From NCBI RefSeq assembly GCF_964213995.1, contig NC_135816.1:63550001-63614000 (forward strand): a stretch of DNA of 64,000 nt, read 5' to 3'. The position numbers were made by a program, and so were the translations under genes. Positions 12,246 through 25,305 of the stretch are shown here, piece after piece. How positions within the stretch are numbered: position 1 is the stretch's first letter; every line of letters begins with the position of its first letter. This DNA is from Mustelus asterias (Eukaryota). The notes beneath the pieces were generated by a model that was not told the DNA's origin, did no database searches, and saw only the letters and a program-made list of their open reading frames with translations.

Positions 12246-12552
12246 CATAGAATCCCCACAGTGCAGAGGAGGCTTTCGGCCCATCGAGTCTGCACTGACA
12301 ACAATCCGACTCTATCCCCGTAACCCCACATATTTACCCTGCTATTCCCCCTGACCCTAAGGGGCAATTTAGCATGGCCAATCCACCAAATCTGCGCATC
12401 TTAGGACTGTGGGAGGAAATCAGAGCACCCAGAGGAAACCCACACAGACACGGGGAGAATGTGCAGACAGCCAGTCAGCTGAGGTCAAAATTGAACCTGG
12501 TCACTGGCGCTGTGAGGCAGCAGTACTACCCATTGTGCTACCGTGCCACCCC
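12246..12552 (-). mobile_element. HE1-like V-SINE
   Basis: Reverse-complement head, V-domain and tcatagaatccc tail. Confidence 0.88.
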
Positions 12553-12594
12553 AATAGGTTGATCATTTTGAGGATAAGAACTTAAATAGCTGAT

Positions 12595-12721
12595 GGGGCG
12601 AATTTTCCCATTCCACCTGCCACGGAAATCGTAGTGGGCGAGGGGCGGACCATGGAAAGGTCCATTGACCTCGGGTGGGATTTTTCAGTTTCGGGGTGAG
12701 CATGGCAGGAAAATCCCGCCT
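12595..12721. mobile_element. Harbinger-type MITE, about 125 bp
   Basis: ggggcgaattttccc...ggaaaatcccgcct with GAT on both sides; homologous to 17569 and 60816. Confidence 0.8.
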
Positions 12722-13261
12722 GATGTAATTTCTGAGAGTTTGCCAGTGCCTACAGGTATCAGCACTTATTTTAAATGCAACCCGTTTGGAAAATCCACAC
12801 CTCTAATTCATTTAGATTCTTCTTCAGCCTCCTGATCTCCCTCAAGTTTCCTCCTATCTCTGATTTTTAACTTTCTTTCGATCTACATTATTTCTGTCCT
12901 GTGCCTCAAATCTCTTTCTCATGTCTTCTTCCTCAACATCTTCCCACTCATCTTCCAAGTCTCCTCATGCTAGCTCCAAGACCCCCAATATCTCCCTGTG
13001 TCACTGGTCTCTCTCCTGCTTGCCCCTCTTCGCCAACCTCTAATCCTGGTCATGCCTGAACTCCTTCAGTACCTCCGCCTGCTGCTGTTAACTGCCTATC
13101 ACATAATGGTCAACTTTTGTGCATGTGCATCTTTCACTACTACATTGTGGAGCAGCACACAGGTACAGCATTTCACTTGTATCATAGATTGACGTATATG
13201 CATGCCAAGGCCCTCAGTGATGTGGATAGATCCTAGCAAATTTGAAATTTTTGGGGTTGAA

Positions 13262-13584
13262 GGCCCGGTGGCACAGTGGTTTGCACTGCTGCCTCACAGC
13301 GTCAGAGACTCGGATTGAATTCCGGCCTCGGCTCACTGTCTGAATGGAGTTTGCACGTTCTCCCCGTGTCTGTGAGGGTTTCCTCCGGGTGCTCCGGTTT
13401 CCTCCCACACTCCAAAGATGTGTCGAGTTAGGTTGATTGGCCATGCTGAATTGCCCCTTAGCGTCAGGGAGATTAGCACGGTAAATACATGGGGTTATGG
13501 GGATTGGTGAGATTGTTGTTGGTGCAGGCTAGATGGGCCAAATGGTCTCCTTCTGCACTGTAGGGATTATATGGTTCTATGATT
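13262..13584 (+). mobile_element. HE1-like V-SINE
   Basis: Head, V-domain and CR1-type tail. Confidence 0.9.
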
Positions 13585-14535
13585 CAATGAAGTCAGCACT
13601 GAAACAGTGAAATTATAGATAGAAAACTCAAGTTCCACCTTCACTGCTTAAAATTCCTTGAAATTGGTTGAACCTTGCAGTAGTGTGGCAAAATATCTGA
13701 ATGTACAAAGTACATTGGGTGCTGTCTTCATGAAGTATGAAATTCTAAAAAGTGATTTCAAAGATGTCTTAAATGGGAGTGTTCAGGAATCTTTTACTTT
13801 TGCACAGCTGTTGCCATCCTGTGTTCATTCTTGGGAATAAATCCCATGTTTCGAAAACCCCAGAAACACTTTTTGTCAGCTCTGACGAATGATCGCTGCT
13901 CTCCTGACGCTTTTCTCCTTGAATTTGTTTGAAAAACATTGTTTCGAGTCAATGGGCACAAAAGGCAAGTTTTGGAAAATAATGTAGCCAAAGGCTTCAG
14001 TGGCAAGAAACAGATAACGATATGGTCTACTGGGATTGGATCCAGAAATAAGCAACTAGGCAGTTATAAATTTAGTTAGCTAAATGTTAGGAGATGGTGA
14101 CAGTTGCATACGGGTACACTTTGAGAGAGAGATGAATCCAGTGAAAACTTCATTATGACTTTGGTTTGCAAAACAAAATCTAAATTGAATTCCTGGCTTA
14201 TTTCATAATATCATCGGAGCATGGCCAGCTTTAATGCACAATTAACTTTTAAAAATGCACCCTCTTGATGTTTCCGGTGCCAATATGGCACTCCTTCAGG
14301 ATGGCCCTGAAGCCTCTGCCTAGATTATGGCGTAGGGCCATTCTGAGTCAGAGATGAGAGTGATTGCATCAAAATGCCACTTAAAAGAAAAATGTGGACA
14401 TATTGCAAATCTGAAAATAAAGTGCTGGAATTATACAGCACATTAATCTGCATCTGGAAGTAGAAAGGAAAGATTATGTTTTTGTCATGATCCCTCAGCA
14501 GAACCAATGAAACAATGAACCTTTCTTTCTCCTTT

Positions 14536-14631
14536 AGATACGGGAATAGGGCCTAAGTGGGATTGTTGTCAGTGCAGACTTGATGGGCTGAATGGCCTCC
14601 ATCTGCACTGTAGAGATTCTATGATTCTATG
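14536..14631 (+). mobile_element. HE1-like SINE 3' fragment
   Basis: gcagacttgatgggctgaatggcctcc..gattctatgattctatg. Confidence 0.8.
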
Positions 14632-15100
14632 TGATGACAGTGGATGTTTAAGTTAGTGAATGGTGAGTTGATCAAGCACATTGCTTTGTCCTGTAAGCTG
14701 TTGAGTTTCTCGACTGTTGTTTCTTCTGCATCCATCCATGCAAGTGGAGTCCACCATGCTTCTGACATGAGTCTTGTTGATGGAAAGGCTTTGGGAAATC
14801 AGGAGGTGAGCCACTTATGGGAGAATGCTCAGCCTCTAACCTGGTCTAGTAGCCACTGCATTTATGTGGTTGGTCCAGTTGAGTCTCTGGTCAATGGTGA
14901 CACCCAGGATATTATTGTGTATGAGCTGTTGAATGTCAAGGCCAAGTTTGGTGATGGGCGTTGCCTTGTACTTGTGTGGTGCAAATGATAGTTGCCATGT
15001 ATGAGTCCACGCGTGGATGTTGCTCGGGTCTTGCTGCGTCTAGGCATGAGCTGCTTTATTATCTAAGGAATTGCCGATTGATTTGAACACTGGGCAATCA
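14632..15100 (-). mobile_element. Zenon/L2-like LINE fragment
   Basis: Reverse-complement similarity to the RT 3' region at 20690-21100. Confidence 0.7.
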
Positions 15101-15170
15101 GCACTGTACAAGTCATGTTGCTCAGTTTCAATTGAAAAAGTAGAAAAGTTTAATTATTTCTATTAACATT

Positions 15171-15306
15171 GGCCGGAATTCTCCGGCCGTTCACGACAAT
15201 GGGATTCTCCAGACCCGCTGCAGTAAACAGAGATTTGGTTGAGTGCTGAATTCCCCCTCCTTGCTTGCAGTGGCGGTGGTGTGCGAACAGCCAGAGAAGT
15301 TGGGCC
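15171..15306. mobile_element. Harbinger-type MITE
   Basis: ggccggaattctcc...agagaagttgggcc flanked by ATT on both sides. Confidence 0.75.
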
Positions 15307-16029
15307 ATTGTCAACATTAGGGATAAAATAAACAGAGTAAATGGGCACGAAGTGAACTAATGCATTTCCTGTGACCAACTACCTAAAAACTTTAACATTG
15401 GGATGTTCAGAAATAGGTCTACATTTGAGATTATCAATATCCAATTTCTGTTGAATTGTACTTGCACTTAAATTATTGTTTAGTACGAAAATACTCTTTT
15501 AATTACATTGTATGATAAACGTGTTTTAAAAGCACACGGAAAGCATTATCGGTATTCGTTTTTATTCTGTTAGTTTGCAAATGAATTGGCACCATGAAAG
15601 TCACCTTGCATCTGCAGAAAATGAGGACTTAGTAGCGGGAAGTTAAAAAGCAATGGAGAAGAAAACACATTATTGAAAGCCGAATGGTAAATTGGTGTAC
15701 TTTGTACCCTAAAACTGTCCAAACTCCCAACATTACTCCAGAGAATTGGAATAGGCGCCCCTCCATTTTCTGGTCAAATTTATTGAGCTCTGGCAGTCAG
15801 TGTTGTGTTGCCACTCTGTGTCCAGTTACTCAGGCCAATTTTTTTGATGATATCTTCTCCGACCTTACGACTCAGGCTGAGTGGGATACAGGCAGTGCAG
15901 CGAGTCCCCAAGGCCCAGCGTCAAAGTGCAGCTGAGTTGAAGGGAATGAGGACACACCTCCTTTTTTACAACACTAACTGCCATAAAGCAGTGAGTTTAA
16001 ATTTGAACCATTGAAATTTAAAGGTTCAT

Positions 16030-16645
16030 GACAGGGTGAAGTAAGTGTCTAAGATAAGTGGATAGGATTTGGGGCTGGGAGGGATTGGAGGTCATTGGGT
16101 GCAGGGGTTTGATGCCAGGGTGTAGGGAGCGAAGGTCGGGGGGTCAGTTCTGATTGGACATCAGGGGATGGGGGTCAAGCCCAGATGGCAGTAGAGGGAG
16201 AGGTATCAGACCTCAGGAGGAGGAGAAGGTTGGGCTTCATGGTGAGATGTCAGGTCTCGTGTCAGGTCGAGCCAGGGAGGGGCAGACGAAGGTGTCGGGT
16301 CTTGGTGACTTTGGGCTTGGGGGGAAAGGGGCTAGTGTGGGGGGGTCGGGCTTCGGTTTGGATCAGGCATGGGGGTAGCTGGGAAGGAGTCCCATGTGGA
16401 GGGTAGTTAGGGGATGAGGGAATCCCTTCGACAAGTGGACTGGGAAGTCCCCTGAAGGGAGGGGTTAGTTGGGGCGTGGGGCAAGTCCCTTGTAGGGTTG
16501 GGGGTGTGAGGGAAGTCCCATGGGTGGGGTAGTCAGGAGGGTCAGACGAAACACCAGGGCATTCAGGGGTGGGCGTATTCGGCAGGTAGCCAAGAGGGTA
16601 AGGAAGTCCCCTGGGTGGTGTCTGGATGTGGGGGAGTCCCCTGTG
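16030..16645. repeat. G-rich degenerate repeat containing GGGAAGTCCC-like motifs
   Basis: Strong G skew; about 7 ggg(a)agtccc-like motifs between 16381 and 16640. Confidence 0.6.
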
Positions 16646-17568
16646 AGTTCAGTCTGTGTAACAGTTACTCGGAAATTAGATGTGGTTTTAATTCTTCTAA
16701 CGTTTTATGAGTTATAATTTTACAAATGTTAAAATAGTTACGATGAATTAACCATCTTAAAGCTGCGTTGGGTATATCTATAATTTTAATGGTATAACAT
16801 TATATATTATTATATATTTATTCATTTGTGTGTGCTGTGTACAAAGGCAGGTTCACTGGCTGCTGACGTTTCATCCTGACCCATTTTCTTTGCAGTTTTT
16901 TTGGTGGCTTCCAGTCTCAGGTTCCAAACCTACCTCAGTCAGAACGGAAATCAAAGCTGTGCTGTTGGTGTTGCTTTGAACCATATAATAGCCATCCAGC
17001 CAACTGAGAAAACACGATGCGTTTTCAACAAATTAGCCCAAGAGCAATTTGTGGAATGGCTAAACAAGTTACATTTTAGCACCTCTTAACAAATAAGCCC
17101 ACATCTATTAGATAACAGCCTTTAAAATGTTCCCTTGTATTTTGCCTTATCACATACAAATTTCAAACAGTTTCTAGGGAGTAGGGGAGGGTGCAAAGTT
17201 CAAATATATCTGTTCAATAGTTCAGGATGAATGTTGCCAAAGATTAGATTATTCTTTAATTGTATGAGCAATCACATTCACTTTGCTATAATTGTATGGA
17301 GGATGGTGGCCACTGTTTCAATTGTATAAAAGATGATGATGATTGCTGTAGTTGATGGTGACTGCTGTAAATGTCTCGATGAATAATCTGCTATAATTGA
17401 TCACTGAGTTATTTGAGATCAATGATTAGCTATGAACAATGATGGTTTTAATTATAGGAAAGATGAGATTTACTTTCTTTAATAATATGTTTTCTCTCTT
17501 TAAATGTAGAAAAGATTATATTGCTTTTTGTTTCCTTCTCTTCCTCTTCAAATCCTCTTTTCTCTTGG

Positions 17569-17694
17569 GGGGGGAGTTTTCCCGACCCTCCCGCCATAGG
17601 AATCATAGCGGGCGGGGGCGGACCATGCAAAGGTCCATTGACCTCAGGTGGGATTTTCCGGTTTTTGGGCAAGCACGGCTGGAAAATCCTGCCT
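17569..17694. mobile_element. Harbinger-type MITE, about 125 bp
   Basis: Clearly homologous to 12595-12721 (ggaccatg..aaggtccattgacctc). Confidence 0.8.
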
Positions 17695-17984
17695 TAATCT
17701 TTTATCTCTTTCATTTTATTGGTGGACTCTAATTCCCTTTCCCGTATTTCTCTTTACTTATTCTCCTACCCGCTACTTGCTATCATTCTATTTTTTCTTC
17801 TTTCTTGGTATCTCTAATAGTAACAAAGAGTTGGTGTTAGTCCATCCATTATTGCATTATTGTGCTCAACCCAATATAAACTACGATAAAATGAAATGTA
17901 CCTGTGAATAAGTCATGCAATATTCTGGGAAGAAGATGAATTAACTTCTGTTAATGTTCTGCTTCATAGTAACTATGTGCTCCG

Positions 17985-18175
17985 CCAGAGTCCCAGAGGA
18001 TCATGGGCTCGAAGGGGAGAGCTGACTGGTGGTGAGTTAATCTCAGGGTCACCACACCTCAGGCGGAGGGTAAGGTTGAGAATGTTGGGCCTTCATGGAT
18101 AACCTCAGTTGGACCAAAAATTGTACCTGTCACTACACATCAAAAACTAACCATTCAGCCAACTGAGCTAATCGA
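17985..18175 (-). mobile_element. tRNA-derived SINE, different family
   Basis: Reverse strand begins ttagctcagttggctg (tRNA-like head). Confidence 0.5.
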
Positions 18176-18258
18176 TCCACACAGTCCCCCGACTCCCCCC
18201 CCCCATCCCCCACCACAAAGAAACTAGAGCCAAGTAACTAACCTGCAGCATGAGTGAG

Positions 18259-18627
18259 TCATGGAAACCCTACAGTGCAGAAGAGACCATTTGGCCCATC
18301 GAGTCTGCACTGACTCTCTGACCGAGTATCTTACCCAGTCACTCTGCCATACCCTATCCCTGCAATCCCACACATTTACCATGGTGAATCCATCTAACCT
18401 AGACACTAAGGGACAATTTAGCCTGGCCAATCTGCCTATCTTGCACATCTTTGGACTGTGGGAGGAAACCGGAGCACCCAGAGGAAACCCACGCAGACAC
18501 AAGGAGAATGTGCAAACTCCACACAGTCACCCAAGACCGGAATTAAACCCAGGTCCCTGGAGCTGTAAGGCAGCAGTGCTAACCAATGTGCCACAGCTGT
18601 ATTAAGCACTGTGCCACCGTGCTGCCC
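18259..18627 (-). mobile_element. HE1-like V-SINE
   Basis: Head, V-domain and CR1-type tail in reverse orientation. Confidence 0.9.
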
Positions 18628-19079
18628 TACCTCTGTGTAGTGCAAACCAGGAAAATTCCAGGTTCAATTCCGACATATGCTGAGTTAGTCAATCACCGCC
18701 TGGGCGGCAATGGGGTATTACAATTAAACTGAGTGTTGTCGGTCTTCAGTTGGGAAATGTCAGCTAAAACTTCCACCCCTGACCCTTGGTGGGGATATGT
18801 TTTTCTTGTGGATGTTATAATGAATAGACCATGGTCAGCATGAAGTGCCACTTGAAGCTTAGATACACATGGATCTGTATCTCAGCATGACAACCTTCAA
18901 GGTAGGAAAATTTGCATGTCATTAGCTAATTCTGCATTTATGTCTGATGTTTTATTCTGGGATAATTACTGTCATTGGATTCACTAGTTAATGATCCTGA
19001 CTAGAAGTGAACATCTATAGACACTGGATGAGGACAAAATTCAATTCTATCGCAACAGTGCACCCCCAAGCAGCCTGCC

Positions 19080-19283
19080 AATACTCAAATGTGCCTGGGC
19101 AATCTTTATCCCTTAACCAAAATCACAGAAATGTTTATTATATTGCTATTTGTGTCACCTTTCTACGCAAAGGATGATTGTCGCATTTTATACATCACAA
19201 TAGTGATTACATTTCATTGGTTCTAAAGCACTTTGAAACATCCTGAGATTATGAAAGGTACAATAAAAATGCAAGTTCTTTCT
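19080..19283 (+). mobile_element. Deu-type SINE 3' part
   Basis: ttattgctatttgtg..aaagcactttgaaacatcctgag..gaaaggt..aatgcaagttctttctt. Confidence 0.6.
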
Positions 19284-20689
19284 TACTAGAGGGACATCTG
19301 TTCCCATGGAACCACGCATCAGGAGCGATTAACCCCATCACAAGCGGGCATGAAAGAAGAAAGGTGACAGAAGAAAAACAAAGCGAAGATTGTATGTACC
19401 TGAATAATTGTCTTCCTAAAGAATTGTAATTGAATTGGGCAATGATAAGTCAGTGCTATTTTCGTTATGGATTCTCGCACAGTAATGCCTCTTTTTATAT
19501 GTGGTGAAGTAGAATGCCAATAGGAAAGACTTGCTTGTACGTATCTCAGTTTAGCATTTCTATTATTAAGAGATGTTCAAAGAGCTCTGTAGTTAAAACT
19601 AACTATATTTATCATGGTGTTGATTGCAGCTGACAGTAAAAATCCTGCCTAATGAATAGTTGTGATCAAGTGGTTCATTCAGCCCCACAATGACGGCACA
19701 TGGTCTCATCGAAGACTGGACATTGATTCAAAAATTTAATCAGAAACGAAAAGGGAAGAAATAAGGGGAAGATCAAAGTCTCCCAGTTCAGCTGCAGCGT
19801 AGCATCTCTCCATTGTGCAGATAAAAGGAATACTGGATTCATTGATTTATGGTAGGACGGCAGTTGTTTTTCCTGCTTGCATATTTAGCAGGGTTATAGA
19901 TAAAACCAGGATACAAAACGTTAAAAGTAGTTTGTTTTTCTCAAATTTCCACATCATTGTTTACAGTACTAGTGTTACATATCGTCTGGTAACTACCGCA
20001 AAGAGTAAACTAATGAGGAACCTCATCAGTGGGTTATACTAAAACACAATGCTGGTTTAAGAAGGTGTTGCTGGTTCCAGGCCTAAGATGAAAGAACCAC
20101 AAAAGCCTGCGAATCTTTCTGCTTACGTCACTATAGATCATGTGATGTCATACCAGAAGAGATGCAATCACTTTAAATACATAACAACTAGTGATACATT
20201 GTGGTTGGGAAATCAATTGTTTTTTCTGTTTGATCCTCTGAATATTTCTAAGCAAATTTCTTACCTCTTCCTACCACCATTTGTTACCTATCTGCAATCA
20301 CCTGCAGCCCCCCCTCCCCAGTCTCTGTATGCTGATACCCATTTCTTTATGATCTCTGAATGCTGGTTTCTCTTGAAAAATAATAACAGGAATTCAGTCT
20401 GCCCTCCTCGTTGGATGAGGGAATAGCTACTATCAATCTCATTACCTTCTCCAAACAGCACCTTACTATGCAGCTGCCAGAACATTGGCAAAAATCAATT
20501 CAAGCCATGCTGATAGGTTTGTAAAACTGCATCCCTCAATATTCACAGCTTAAAACCACGTTTGCTGTTTTTCATGATTTGTAGTAGTGTTGCATTCACA
20601 CTCATATATTGCATTATCCTGCGTTGCCTGGTTTGGTTAGTAACATATTATTGCAATTAAAGTAGTCCATGTCCAAATTCAGTAAGACC

Positions 20690-21490
20690 TGGATAATATC
20701 CAGGTTTGGGCTGTCAAGTGGTAAGTAACATTTGGACCACATAAGTGTCAGACAATGACAACCTCCAACAAGAGAGAATCTCACCATTGCCCCTTGATAT
20801 TCAATGGCATTACCATTGCTGAATCCCCTCACTATCAATGTCCTGGGGGTTACCATTGACCATGAGCTGAACTGGAATAGCCATATAAATATTATGGCTA
20901 CAAGAACACTTCAGAGGCTAGGAATTTTACAGCGAGTAACTCACCTCCTGACTCCCCAAAGATTGTCTACAATCTACAAGGCACAAGTCAGGAATGTGAT
21001 GGAATACTCCCCACTTGCCTGAATGAGTGCAGCTACAACAACACACAAGAAGCTTGACACCATCCAAGACAAAGCAATCTACCTGACTGGTACCCCATCC
21101 ACAAAGATTCACTCCCTTCACCACCAGTACACAGTGGTAGCAGTGTGTACCATCTACAACATGCATTGCAGGGACTCAGAAAGACTCCTTAGGCAGCACC
21201 TTCCAAACCCACGACCATTACCATCTAGAAGGACATGGGCAGCAGATCCGTGGGAACACCACTACCTGGAAGTTCCCTTCCAAGCCACTCATTATCCTGA
21301 CTTGGAAATATATCACCGTTCCTTCACTGTAGCCGGGTCAAAATCCTGGAACTCCTTCTCATCAGCATTGTGGGTGTACATGCACCTCAGGGACTGCAGC
21401 GGTTTCGGAAGGCATCTCACAACCACCTTCTCATGGATGGGCAATAAATGTTGGTCTAGCCAGCCAATGCCACATCCCTTCAATGAACAA
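20690..21490 (+). mobile_element. Zenon/L2-like (CR1-group) LINE, 3' part
   Basis: LGVTIDHELNWNSHI, YKAQVRNVMEYSPLA*MSA, KLDTIQDKA motifs with an in-frame stop; gggcaataaatg tail. Confidence 0.85.
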
Positions 21491-22085
21491 TAATGAACAA
21501 CAGTGCATGTGGTTGGTAAATGGAGTTGAAGGACTGGTCAGCCCTGACCTAATTGAATCAGCTACTTGAACATTAAATAGTTTACTCTCTTCCTCTGTAC
21601 CTTTCTAGACTGGTGCTGTAATTATATTTTTAGAATATTTTTTTCCTACTTCCCCATCCAGCTCAAAAACATTTGCTGTGTTTGACATTAGCCTGATGAT
21701 AATCCTTCCCTGATTTTAGATACACTATACATCGCTTGAGATCTTCTATTCTTCACGTTGTCATGGCCTTCACAATCTCTTGTTTGATTCCTTTGAGCAG
21801 AGTTTGGACATCATTGAGCTTTGTGTTCACCCCTCCCACAATTTCTTGTCGGAATCACTTCAGTTAGGATTCCGACACTGAATGTCCTGATCAGAGTCAG
21901 CACACCACCCTTTCTGATTGTTACTGTGGCGCATTCTCCCTCCTTCTTCTCTGTGATCTCTGAGTAACATTGGATTCAGTTAGCCTCTCCATCCTTCTCC
22001 ACCAACACGTTTGCATCCATTTTGGCTTGTCGCAGCATAGCTCGCACATCTACAGCAAAACCTCTCCTATCTCGGTGTAAAATCT

Positions 22086-22276
22086 TGTTGTACTGAGGCT
22101 GCTCCTCAATAACTACTCCACAAGCAGGCGTCAGGGAACACAACTCTTTATTAGGTCTTGTCACTCCACACTCCAAATGAAGACTGCCCACTCTGGGCGG
22201 GTCCCAACAGCTCTCCCCACACCCGAGGTCACATGATACATTCCCTTAAAGGGCCTATGCCCCAACATACATAACA
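22086..22276 (-). mobile_element. Probable solo LTR, Gypsy-like
   Basis: TG...CA ends; ccttaaag and catacataaca terminus shared with the LTR at 27736-27917. No clear TSD. Confidence 0.5.
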
Positions 22277-23265
22277 CATGATTGCTTCCAGAGTAACTCC
22301 AGGTTACATCTCTTTCCTTGTTAACAATATTGAACTTGGTGACATTGCCGTGGAATTAGTCTGCACCTGTCTGCAAATGATTTGCCTCTCTATTCTTGAC
22401 CATGTGGCAGACTATTTGTCCCACACCAAGTCATAAATGAAGCAGTGTTTTTTCTGGTTGAACGCTGAGAACAATGAAGCCACATTCTTTAGGTCCAGCT
22501 AACATTTTTGTATCCTTACCCCAACTCCATTCCCACATCTACTGACCACCTCTTTGAATTCTAAGTTTCTGTCTAAGCTCAACCAATTAGTGGACAAGTG
22601 AACATACAATCTCAATGTACTGATTGATCCAGAGATCAATTTGAAATCCTCTAACCATTGTAGGACCATTTTTTGCAACATTACCCACCTCTGTCCATAT
22701 CTCATCCCCATAGCCACCAGGATTTCTTTATTCTGGGTTTCTCTGATGATTTGATTACCAGCCTCCTCCACTCTCACCCTACAACTATTCCAATTTGCCT
22801 AAGACTGCCCCCTACATCCTGTCCCATCAAGCTCCACTTGCTATCAACCCTGTCCCCCATTGACTCCTCTTCTCCGAAAGCAGCAAAATTAATCATCCTC
22901 CAGTGTGTTTACAAATGGATCAGTGCTCTTTGCCTTTTAGGTCTGCAACCTCTGACAACCCTTTATCACACCCTGTGCTCTTCAGTTCTCTGACCTGAGA
23001 TTCTGTGCACCCCTCTATCTTTATTCTTCACTCTATCGTTGGTGACACATTAATGACTTCATTGTCTGGAATGTAAGTCCCGCACTATTTCTCTGCCCAC
23101 CTTGAAAATGTTACTCAAAATACTTTTTCATTTTTGGGAGTCATCTCTCCTAAAACATCTGTAACAAACAGCTCAGTGGCCCTTCGTCCCACTCTCCACA
23201 CGTGTAACAGACCAGGCCATTGTTGCATAGAATTCCAGTAGGCCAATGTACATCCCATGACCATA

Positions 23266-23597
23266 TCATAGAATCAAAAGAATCCGTACAGTGATGAAGG
23301 AGGCCATTTGGCCCAGTAAGTCTGAACTGACTCTCCACAAAGTATCTTACCCAAGCCCTAACCCCGTAACCCCACAACATTTACCCCACTAATCCCCCTA
23401 ACCTACACATCTTTAGGCACTAAGGGGAAATTTAGCATGACCAATCAACCTAACCTACACATCATTGGACTGTGGGAGGAAACCAGAGCACCCGGAGGAA
23501 ACCCACACAGACACGGGGAGAATGTGCAAACTCCACACAGACAGTCACCCAAGGCCGAAAACAATGCCAGGTCCCTGGCACTGTGAGGCAGTGCTAT
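23266..23597 (-). mobile_element. HE1-like V-SINE
   Basis: Reverse head, V-domain and tail. Confidence 0.9.
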
Positions 23598-24562
23598 GTA
23601 CATTTTCAAATCTTGCTTATTCAATTGTATAAAATCCAAATGGATACATTTATCTCTCACTTTCTTTCATTTTCTAGAATTTTTGATCTGGTTTTTAATA
23701 CTGGAATCTACAATAGTGATCTAAACATAGAACAATCACAGTTTATCTATTTTCAATTCTCACTGTTATCGAGCATTGCAAGCTTAAGGCGCATCAGTCA
23801 TCATTCACCAGCAGACTAATAGTTACTAAAAGAAGTTAGAATATTATAGAAGTTTGTGAGGGCAAGATGGTGATGTAAAAGATAGTGGCAAAGCATTTAT
23901 AGCTGGGTTCCTGAGAGATAAATGAAAAGTCGATAGTGATTAAATGTTTATCTTTTAGGAAATTCAAGTCCTGAAGCAATTCATGTAAGTGGAGAATGGC
24001 AAAGAAAATGTCCTTGAGAAATTTGAGCCAATCTGAAAAGTGTGATTGATTTATTTATACAACACATACATAAAAAGTGCGCCAATTTATTATCAGATGG
24101 TACAGTTGATCTGCTTTGCAATTGCTCCGAAACAAGAATGAAAAGTGTAGATTTTCTAGCTGCTTTTCATTCTTGGGCAATCATCAAAGCCTCACTTCTA
24201 ACTTTCAACACTTACCAGGAATGCTGTAAGACAAACTATGAAATAGTCTCCACCTTAATTACGCAATTACTATTGCTCCTGGATCATTTTCACCCATAAT
24301 TACAATCTAACTAACAAGTTAATACAACTCTGAATATTTCATCTGCATGTAAATATTGTAAGCTTCGACTTATGGAATTCGAATTAACCTCCAAAATTCT
24401 TGCTGGTTGTTTCCAGAATGGCTTGATTTTTCTAGTGAGGCTTCGCCCAGTATGTTGCACCCACTGCTACGACATGCAGTCCTGTCAGTTCATGTAATCG
24501 CTCCTTTGAAAAGCTAATTCCAAACCAAAAAGAAAACACAAAATGTGGTAAAGCCATGTCAA

Positions 24563-24725
24563 GTAGACAGATTCTTGTTAAGCAAGGGAATCAGAGGTTA
24601 TCGGAGGTAGATGGGGAATGTGGGATTCAGCACAAATAGATTGGACATGATCTTATTGAATAGTGGGAGCAGGCTCAAGGCGATGAATGGCCTACTTCTG
24701 CTCCTATTAGGAATGCTCATATGTA
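24563..24725 (+). mobile_element. CR1 LINE 3' UTR fragment
   Basis: catgatcttattgaa..gagcaggctcaagg..gaatggcctacttctgctcct. Confidence 0.8.
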
Positions 24726-25056
24726 GGAGTGACTATATTAAATATTGCCTCTGATGAAGCCATAATGCAAAATTAAAACAAAATTGATCAACTCCAGGGA
24801 TAACATATAGCTTAAGACCATTTCAACAATCTTCCTTTGAGTCCTGGATTCCTGGGTCCCGTATGTTTCTCCAGGATTTCTAACTGGATTCAGGGCCCTG
24901 CTTATCTCACTTCAGAAGTGGCATTGTATGATTGAAATTTACACAAACCGTAATTATAATCTGACCATTTCAAAATTGATGTTTCACATCTCTATCACTG
25001 AAGGCCTGCATGAGGTTTGATGCTTTTAATACATGTGGTTTGTACCAGAAAAAAGG

Positions 25057-25305
25057 AAAAGGAAGACTTATATGTATAGAGAGCCTTTCACAACCATCAA
25101 ACCTCTCAAAATGCTTCATAGTCAATCAGGTACTTTTCTGAAGAGTAGTCACTGTGGTAATGTGGGAAGTGCAGAAGCCAATTTGCACTCAGCAAGCTCC
25201 CACAAGCTGCAACCTGATAATGGTCAGATAATCTGTTATTGCAATGCTCATTGAGGGATTAATATTGACCAGAATACCAGGCATAACTCCCTTGCTCTTC
25301 TTTGA
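25057..25305 (-). mobile_element. Deu-type SINE
   Basis: aagacttatatgtatagagagcctttcac..gccaatttgcac..agcaagctcccac, reverse of the copy at 37760-37928. Confidence 0.6.

Noticed and set aside
13845-13900. ctgacgaa / gtttcg pattern resembling a hammerhead
   Set aside because: No pairing stem II and no pLTR context.
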